64,000 nt of DNA from the NCBI GenBank assembly GCA_048884965.1, contig JBHLQH010000007.1, forward strand, positions 64,001 to 128,000, given 5' to 3'. The notes under the pieces are model-generated. The model saw only the letters and a list, made by a program, of their open reading frames with translations, was not told where the DNA came from and did not search any database. This document shows, in pieces, positions 57,389 through 64,000 of the stretch. Source of the stretch: Candidatus Thorarchaeota archaeon. GTDB taxonomy: Archaea > Asgardarchaeota > Thorarchaeia > Thorarchaeales > Thorarchaeaceae. Position 1 is the first letter of the stretch; every line of letters begins with the position of its first letter. A program made the position numbers and the translations under genes.

Positions 57389-58078
57389 TCAATTAAAAAC
57401 GTACCGTCGCGACGCTATGACATGGAACTCCTGCAATGAATCATCCATCTCGACAGTATGAAGGATATCAAAATCAGTACCCAGTTCTGTAGTTACCTGA
57501 GTTCTCATCTCCTCATTGAGCCGCGACTTCATAGCACAAACGAGTATTCCTGAGTCTTTCAACAAAGGCGTGTATCTTTCGACCAGCTTTAGTGTGCCAT
57601 CCGGGTCAGTCGTGACATCTATCAGCAATAAATCAAGTGCTCCTTTTGCACAGACAATCTCTGGGTCAATCTCGAACGCATCTGCTATGAGCACAGACAC
57701 ATTCTCATATCGGCGGACAATCTCTGTCAGGTGTGGTCGAAATTCGTCTGAAACCTCAATCCCAGTAACCATGACCTGTCGTGTGGCAAGATATGACAGG
57801 AATCCCCCAGCTGAACTACCGATATCGAGAGCAATTCCACCTTGCGATATGAGGTCCCTTCCAAGTATAAGCTCAATCCTTTCCAACTTCCTGTAGCCAT
57901 GAGGTAGATCAATCGCATCCTCGGAAACCACGATATCCTCAGTGCCATCCACGTACTTGGAAGGCTTTGCCACTCTTCCATCCACAGTGACATGTCCTTC
58001 TTTAATCGCTCTTTTTGCTGCCTGTCTTGATGAGAACCTTCCATCTTCAACAAGCCAGATATCAAGCCTTGGCACCAT
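57389..58078 (-). CDS. S4-domain RNA methyltransferase (TlyA/FtsJ-like)
   Basis: RLDIWLV...SRQAAKRAIKEG.V.VDG; LDIGSSAGGF. Confidence 0.85.
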   Translation of the reverse strand: MVPRLDIWLVEDGRFSSRQAAKRAIKEGHVTVDGRVAKPSKYVDGTEDIVVSEDAIDLPHGYRKLERIELILGRDLISQGGIALDIGSSAGGFLSYLATRQVMVTGIEVSDEFRPHLTEIVRRYENVSVLIADAFEIDPEIVCAKGALDLLLIDVTTDPDGTLKLVERYTPLLKDSGILVCAMKSRLNEEMRTQVTTELGTDFDILHTVEMDDSLQEFHVIASRRYVFN

Positions 58079-58835
58079 GTTTCGCCGCCTGTATCTCTCG
58101 AGGTATGAATAGATGCATTGGGACACCGCGAAGGCGAGGACCTATCGCTGCTAGTATCCCAGAAGCACGAGTACTCCGCTTGCATTGTAAGGCGAACTCA
58201 AAGATTCCCAGCTTCTCAATCTTGTAGATATCATCAGTATGTCCGGCCTTTTCCAGAGTGGCCTCAAGCATTTCCTGATTGGCGCCAAATACTAGGAGGC
58301 GCTCATGGTCATCTGTCACCCATTCATTATAGCGTTCCAAGAAACTCTGTGAGAACTCCGCACCGATTTGCTCATTCTCGAAATTCACCTCTGAGACTTG
58401 GATTTCAACGGGTAGATAGTCCACGAGGACCAAGCTACGAGCGAGTCTTCGTAAGGGTACACCTTCCATGCCCATTTGCTCCCGCAGTCGGTGTAGAGGA
58501 AGAAGCGCATCTATTTTCGACTCTGACAGTCCGACATCGACATAGATACCATACCCCACCTTTCCAACATCTGTCAACTGACCTGAGTATACACGTTCAG
58601 GCAGTATCTCATGAGATGCAGGTGCCTTTCCATACTCTTGTGACAGAAGATTGATCACAAACTCCGAATCAGGTCCTTCAACTGAGAGGAATACATGTTC
58701 TCTCTTATCAACGTCCAGAATTACAGACGACAGGTCCAACTCACTGATTATAGTCTCTATCTCAGACTGCAGAGTGGTCAATAGCCTGTTCCGATATTGC
58801 CCATATACCTTGGGCACAAGAGTGATGGTTTTCAA
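58062..58835 (-). CDS. DUF2110-like archaeal protein
   Basis: GKVGYGIYVDVG, GH..DI..IEKLG.FE; conserved position next to tfe. Confidence 0.75.
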   Translation of the reverse strand: MKTITLVPKVYGQYRNRLLTTLQSEIETIISELDLSSVILDVDKREHVFLSVEGPDSEFVINLLSQEYGKAPASHEILPERVYSGQLTDVGKVGYGIYVDVGLSESKIDALLPLHRLREQMGMEGVPLRRLARSLVLVDYLPVEIQVSEVNFENEQIGAEFSQSFLERYNEWVTDDHERLLVFGANQEMLEATLEKAGHTDDIYKIEKLGIFEFALQCKRSTRASGILAAIGPRLRGVPMHLFIPREIQAAKHGAKA

Positions 58836-58902
58836 TTAGAGCTACCCATTGCAATCTGAAAAGATGTGTTCCTAAGTAGTTTTGGAAGTGTTTAAAGAAA
58901 GG

Positions 58903-59430
58903 CTAGCTTACGGACGTGGCCTTCAAATCTGCCTTTAGTTCCTCTACACGCTTCTTCAGGAACGAAACAGCCCTCTTATTGTCTACAAACTCCAAGGCGC
59001 CATTGCAGGTGGGGCATCGAAATGAGAGATTCATAGCTTCCTCAAAAGGAACTGGTGAGGAGTCTCTGTTAACGCAGGCATACAGGTCATTATTGCTCTC
59101 ATGCTCAAGTCGTTGTTCCAACAGGTTCAGCACCATTCGCTTCTTGCGATTCACAAGTGCCTGTGCTTTCTTTGGATCAATCTTCCAATAATAGAGGAAC
59201 CATCCTGTGTTCGTGTCCCTGATCCTACGATATGATGCTAGATGGTTATCATGAAGTTTGTATAGAATACGACGAACAACATTCAGCTTAAGGTCGGTCT
59301 TTGTGGCAATCTCTTCATCAGTGGTTTCGTCCGCATTGACCAAGACCGTTGCAACATCAACTCCTTCTTTCCCTGCTATTTCTTCGACGACTAGACGGAA
59401 GAGATCACTGTTGAAGTTAGGATGTGCCAT
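58903..59430 (-). CDS. tfe: Transcription factor E alpha
   Basis: TDEEIA...VRRILYKL, GWFLYYW, FRCPTCN. Confidence 0.94.
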   Translation of the reverse strand: MAHPNFNSDLFRLVVEEIAGKEGVDVATVLVNADETTDEEIATKTDLKLNVVRRILYKLHDNHLASYRRIRDTNTGWFLYYWKIDPKKAQALVNRKKRMVLNLLEQRLEHESNNDLYACVNRDSSPVPFEEAMNLSFRCPTCNGALEFVDNKRAVSFLKKRVEELKADLKATSVS

Positions 59431-59598
59431 TGTTATGATTTCACCTGAATGCTATGTGGATAGTTGAATGAACCCGCTGATAGTCAAAAGACCAAAGCCG
59501 AGAAGTGTATGCTATTAATAATATATACTCATATACTATTTAAGCTGACCTGTTACACCATATTATTTTCTCGAGCACTCTACCTACTATCGATGCCC

Positions 59599-60180
59599 TT
59601 ACTCGCTCTTTTGCGATTTCTTCTTCTTTACCTTGACAATGTCTCCGAGGGTCGGACCCGCTGCATCCTTTTCGCGTGTGATCTTTAGTGGGACAGCATC
59701 GATTGGTTCTAGTAGCGAAACATCCAGCTCGCGCTCTAACCCGCGAATTGTCTTTCTCGTAGGTTTTAGTCTTCCAGACTCTATAGATTGGAGAGTAGAA
59801 ATTCTCTCTCCGACCTTTTGTGCCAATTCATCCTGACTGAGATTCTTCTTCTGCCTAGCTTTTCTGATGGTTTCTGCATAATCCTCAATTAGGACCATAT
59901 CATCAAGAAGTGGCGCCGACTCTGGTCTCGGTCTTGATTTCTTTGGAGCCGCTGGCGTTGAAAACGTCTGCGGACGGGTTGGTGCCGCTGGTCTGGGGCT
60001 GGAACTCCCAGTCCAAGATGGCTGGCTTGGTCGATCATATCTAGGTCTACCAGATGACTCAGAGGATTGTCCTCCAAATTTATCCGCACATTGAGGACAT
60101 ACTTGCATCTCTGCGCCTTCAATGGTAACATTTCTACCTCTTCCTTTCATGTTCCTGCCGCATAGTTCACAACTAGGCAT
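59599..60180 (-). CDS. mbf1: Archaeal multiprotein bridging factor 1 (aMBF1)
   Basis: CELCG...VCPQC Zn ribbon, Cro-HTH, TLGD motif. Confidence 0.9.
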   Translation of the reverse strand: MPSCELCGRNMKGRGRNVTIEGAEMQVCPQCADKFGGQSSESSGRPRYDRPSQPSWTGSSSPRPAAPTRPQTFSTPAAPKKSRPRPESAPLLDDMVLIEDYAETIRKARQKKNLSQDELAQKVGERISTLQSIESGRLKPTRKTIRGLERELDVSLLEPIDAVPLKITREKDAAGPTLGDIVKVKKKKSQKSE

Positions 60181-60373
60181 AGTGTTTCCCTCTCACTCAT
60201 ACCTCGGAGTGTGAGATAGATAAACGTTGACTTTGCTCCATATAATCTAAAATCTCAGATTCTTGATTCATTATTGCTAAAAAGATAAGGTTTCCCCAAT
60301 TATTACGATAGAACTAATGAGATTTTCTCCGTACCTTCCAATTTTGCAGCATGCTATGCTATTGTATCCACAA

Positions 60374-61411
60374 TCATCCATAGTACAATTTGCGCATTTT
60401 CTTTTCATTTGGCCGCTCGACAATACCCTTGTCAGTTATGATTGCTGTAACAAGCTCGGGAGGAGTGGTATCAAAAGCTGGGTTGTAAACCTTCGCAGTT
60501 GGAACTGTAACAGGAATCCCGTTAATGACTCGGATCTCATCGGGACTTCGCTCTTCTATCTCGATATCATCGGGATTCGTTTCCATATCGATAGTAGACA
60601 TAGGAGCCGCAACATAGAATGGGATATTATGATATTTTGCGGTTATTGCCATGGTGTATGTCCCAATCTTGTTAGTGACATGTCCAGTGCGAAGTATCCT
60701 GTCCGCTCCCACAACACAACAATCAATTCTCCCGTCTCTGAAAACAGTCCCAATCATGCCATCTGTAATGAGAGTAGTATCGATATCATCTTCCATCATC
60801 TCAAAGACAGTCAGCCTTGCACCCTGCTGCCGAGGACGAGTTTCAGCTGCATAGACTTTGATATCACCTTTGTACTTCTCATGTGCGACTCTGATGACCG
60901 CACCGACCGTACCTAGATGTACGGTTGCAAGAGACCCCGCATTGCAGATCGTTTGAATCGTGAAACCTGGTCTGATGTATTGAAGAGCGTGCTCACCTAT
61001 GCTCCGGCACATTCGAACATCCTCTTCAGCGATTTCCTTCGCCTCTGCAATCAGAATCTGGACTATCCTCTCGACATCGTCTTCTGCTGTTCTAGCCACC
61101 TCAAGTATCCGTCTAGTGGCCCAAGTAAGATTAACAGCTGTAGGCCGAGTATTCAGTGTAATTGCAGCTTTCTCAAGGAATTCTATCAATGAATCCTTTG
61201 TCTTTGCCTTACTCTCAATCGCCGCCAATGCCATACCCATTCCGGCCGCCGCGCCAATTGCAGGAGCTCCACGCACTTCCATGATCTCAATAGCTTGAGC
61301 CATTCTCTCATGACTATCAGTGATGATGTGCTCTACCTGCAAAGGCAGTTTCGTTTGATCAACAAGTCGTACTTGGTTCGTATCATCAAGCCACTCAATA
61401 GTCCTAAACAT
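60374..61411 (-). CDS. mtnA: Methylthioribose-1-phosphate isomerase (eIF2B-like)
   Basis: DQTKLP, VRGAPAIG, RPTAVNL, CNAGSLAT, ETRP..QG, NPAFD. Confidence 0.92.
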   Translation of the reverse strand: MFRTIEWLDDTNQVRLVDQTKLPLQVEHIITDSHERMAQAIEIMEVRGAPAIGAAAGMGMALAAIESKAKTKDSLIEFLEKAAITLNTRPTAVNLTWATRRILEVARTAEDDVERIVQILIAEAKEIAEEDVRMCRSIGEHALQYIRPGFTIQTICNAGSLATVHLGTVGAVIRVAHEKYKGDIKVYAAETRPRQQGARLTVFEMMEDDIDTTLITDGMIGTVFRDGRIDCCVVGADRILRTGHVTNKIGTYTMAITAKYHNIPFYVAAPMSTIDMETNPDDIEIEERSPDEIRVINGIPVTVPTAKVYNPAFDTTPPELVTAIITDKGIVERPNEKKMRKLYYG

Positions 61412-61913
61412 GGTCCTTTCCTCGTAAGTGGGTTTCCAAGAGAGAGTCAATCGCACTAATAAGCTTCCTAGCTATCTCGTCGATGACTGGAGTCAATCCC
61501 TCTCCAAATAGTATACTTTGTGGTTGAACTCCTAACAGGATGGTCTTTCCATTTGTGGAGTCTTCCAAGTATTGCATCAAGAACGAAAGAGGCATGCTAT
61601 GAGTACTAATTGCGATGCCACCAATCCTGTCCTTTGTGACCAACTCGATGTGTCCCACGGGTTTTCGCATATCTGCAGCATCTACCATGATGACACGTTC
61701 TGCTCCAAACTCAGCTAGTGGCCTTGCGAATGCTTCTGGTACAGAGCCAACATTCTCTATGAGCACATGAGGATGCCTTGTATGAAGACTATTCACGATG
61801 AATGGACCAAGTCCATCATCTGTACGTAGATCGTTCCCTATGCCAAGAATCGCAATACGTTCTGCTCCTCGAATGAATTCTTCTAGATGACGGATAATTT
61901 CAGAGTCGATCAC
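61404..61913 (-). CDS. hycI: Hydrogenase maturation protease (HycI-like)
   Basis: GIGNDLRTDDGLG, VPE, VDAA, STHSMPL. Confidence 0.88.
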   Translation of the reverse strand: MIDSEIIRHLEEFIRGAERIAILGIGNDLRTDDGLGPFIVNSLHTRHPHVLIENVGSVPEAFARPLAEFGAERVIMVDAADMRKPVGHIELVTKDRIGGIAISTHSMPLSFLMQYLEDSTNGKTILLGVQPQSILFGEGLTPVIDEIARKLISAIDSLLETHLRGKDHV

Positions 61914-62014
61914 AGTTCTCGACCACTACTATCCTGCTTTAGTTCTTTTTATTGGACACGTCGAAGCCTTTTTCACAATACAACACCGCGACATCACTTG
62001 TAGGCGAATGAAAA

Positions 62015-62650
62015 TTGTCAGACCCTGATGAGAATAGTCCATTTGACCCCGTAGAAGAGATAGAAGAGGTCATCGAGGAAGAGCTTGAGGAGGAAGAAGA
62101 GCCTTCAGATGCACTATTCGAGAATAACAAGGGATACGTCAATAACAGTGACTCTGACAGAATCGCACAACAAGGCTTCTATGGAACACGTCTTGAAGAT
62201 GGACGGCTTGAATTGGAGCCCGTTGAGATACTTCACCTACTTGAAAGAAAGAGAATAACCCTTGCCAAGTCTGATGGTACTACGATAGATGCAGCTTATG
62301 TCATCAATTCTCTCATATCTGAGGATTCAGATCTTTGGGTCAAGTATCTTGTCTTTCGCGACTTACGAAGCAGAGGCTATGCAGTCCGCCAAGGTTTTGG
62401 TGGGGGAATCGGCTTCAGGGTCTATGCCCGAGGTGATAAGCCTGGCACAGCCACCGCAAAACAGCTAATCTATGTCCTAAAGGAAGGAGATCCCATATCA
62501 CTGCATGATCTGAATATGGTGACTGATACTGCTGTGGCTGCAAGAAAGAACCTACTATTCGCACTTGTCGATCAGAATGGTGAAGTCAACTATTACAAAG
62601 TCGCCCAAGCCAAACTACGCGAAGTTGGAGGGAAATCGAACAATGACTGA
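62015..62650 (+). CDS. endA: tRNA-splicing endonuclease subunit, probably structural (non-catalytic)
   Basis: LEPVEILHL, KYLVFRDLRSRGY, FRVY, ARK.LLFALVD; catalytic His not visible. Confidence 0.85.
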   Translation: MSDPDENSPFDPVEEIEEVIEEELEEEEEPSDALFENNKGYVNNSDSDRIAQQGFYGTRLEDGRLELEPVEILHLLERKRITLAKSDGTTIDAAYVINSLISEDSDLWVKYLVFRDLRSRGYAVRQGFGGGIGFRVYARGDKPGTATAKQLIYVLKEGDPISLHDLNMVTDTAVAARKNLLFALVDQNGEVNYYKVAQAKLREVGGKSNND

Positions 62651-63914
62651 TGACGATTGGATTGAAAATGACGAAGAGATTGTGAAGCTTGATGCTTTCT
62701 TTGATGAACATACCATGAGCGTGCACCTGATAGAGAATAACCCTCCACGCGCAAAGAGAGGAATGCCAGGAGATTGGTCCTTAGTTGAGCTATCAGAGAG
62801 GATTCTAACACATGAGGAACTTGATATCTTGGCTGAGGCGATCATTGAAACGGCAAGGAATGACCGACAGTCCTTCATTGAGATAGAAGAAGAGGGTGCT
62901 GCTGTTGTCCAGCTTAGAAATCTGCGTATTGCAATAGCAACACCTCCCTTTTCTGACAAGTATGAGATTTCAGCCATTCGGCCAATCAAGAAGCTGACGC
63001 TAGATGATTATGGGCTAAGTCCGAAGCTAACAAACCGTCTTGAAACCCGCGCAGAGGGTATCTTAGTTACGGGATCCCCTGGGTCAGGAAAATCAACATT
63101 TTCCGCTGCACTTGCCGAATTCTACAGTAGGAAGGGGAATATTGTCAAGACCTTGGAACAGCCTCGTGACCTACAAGTTTCTGAGGATATTGTACAGTAT
63201 TCGCCTCTTGATGGTAGCATGGAAAAAGCAGCTGACATCCTTTTGCTTGTCCGACCTGACTATGTAATCTATGATGAGCTAAGAAAGTCAAGCGATTTTT
63301 CAGCATATGCTGATCTTAGATCTGCTGGCGTAGGAATGGTAGGTGTGGTCCATGCAGGCTCTTCAATTGATGCAATTCAGAGATTGACCCTTGGAGGCCG
63401 AGTTGAGCTTGGTCAGCTTCCAAGCACCGTTGATACTGTTATTCATATTGAAGCAGGCCGTGTCGCTAAGGTTTCCTCTCTTTCATTGAAGGTGAAAATG
63501 CCCACAGGAATGAGCAGTTCTCAGAGAGATCTTGCTCGACCTGTAGTTGAAGTACGTGACTTCGAATTGGGCGTCCTTGAATATGAGATGTTCACATTTG
63601 GTGGTGAGAAGGTCGTTGTACCTGTAAGAGGCGGGCCTCGAGCTACAATGCCTAGAGATCAAGAGTCTCGACGAGGTAGACCCGGCGACACCATACCAGT
63701 GAAAGTCAGCTATTCCAAGAAGAAAGTGACAATCTATGCCGGACCGAAGCATGCCAAACAGAGAATGGAGCTTTTTGCTGATGATAGTTATCTCACAACA
63801 ACAATGATTGGGCGAAATGGAGAAAGCTCGATTCGTATTAAGACACGCCAAGGGAGTATGATCGTCGATGCGATGGAAGAAGGTGCGACCATAACTGCCA
63901 AGGTAGCTGAGTAG
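62643..63914 (+). CDS. PINA-family ATPase lacking the N-terminal PIN domain
   Basis: FFD..TMSVHL, IATPPFSD, GSPGSGKSTF, LLLVRPDY, DLARPVVEV. Confidence 0.8.
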   Translation: MTDDDWIENDEEIVKLDAFFDEHTMSVHLIENNPPRAKRGMPGDWSLVELSERILTHEELDILAEAIIETARNDRQSFIEIEEEGAAVVQLRNLRIAIATPPFSDKYEISAIRPIKKLTLDDYGLSPKLTNRLETRAEGILVTGSPGSGKSTFSAALAEFYSRKGNIVKTLEQPRDLQVSEDIVQYSPLDGSMEKAADILLLVRPDYVIYDELRKSSDFSAYADLRSAGVGMVGVVHAGSSIDAIQRLTLGGRVELGQLPSTVDTVIHIEAGRVAKVSSLSLKVKMPTGMSSSQRDLARPVVEVRDFELGVLEYEMFTFGGEKVVVPVRGGPRATMPRDQESRRGRPGDTIPVKVSYSKKKVTIYAGPKHAKQRMELFADDSYLTTTMIGRNGESSIRIKTRQGSMIVDAMEEGATITAKVAE

Positions 63915-63962
63915 GCTTCGGCAAAAGCTTTAACAAGAAAATAGCGATGTCGGCTGGTTTGT

Positions 63963-64000
63963 GGGACCGTTGCCTAGTATGGATAGGGCACTTGCCTCCT
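63963..64000 (+). tRNA. tRNA-Arg(CCT), truncated by the window end
   Basis: GGGACCG TT GCCT AGTATGGATA GGGC A CTTGC CT CCT. Confidence 0.75.

Overview
Archaeal chromosome segment, most likely an Asgard archaeon of Thorarchaeia type. This is inferred from Rpo8, a Rab-like GTPase, TFB/TFE, GatDE, PAN, NAC and the general gene content. Most of the window is housekeeping genes, but four non-routine layers stand out. (1) A probable replication origin at ~25.7-25.9 kb has two inverted ORB boxes around an AT-rich tract, lies ~24 kb from the only cdc6, and is bracketed by a palindrome (GAACACGTGTTC); a third ORB lies at 21.6 kb. (2) A second palindromic element, TTGTA(A/T)TACAA, arranged in 9-bp-period arrays, recurs more than 15 times from 25 to 57 kb. 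It is densest at 28-41 kb, often sits between convergent genes or inside CDSs, and brackets an operon for an ExeA-like AAA+ ATPase and a small ribbon-helix-helix protein. This is the best candidate for an undescribed origin-proximal chromosome segregation or organisation system. (3) All six complete tRNA genes carry BHB/BHL introns at non-canonical positions, including 10/11, and a double K-turn box C/D-like sRNA just downstream of tRNA-Gly has a guide matching tRNA-Leu position 34. (4) A dispersed pilus/DNA-transfer-like gene set is present: a VirB11/TadA ATPase, a Flp-like pilin, a VirB2-like pilin, a membrane HerA/VirB4-like ATPase and two large surface proteins. All calls were made by eye from sequence motifs; no searches were run.
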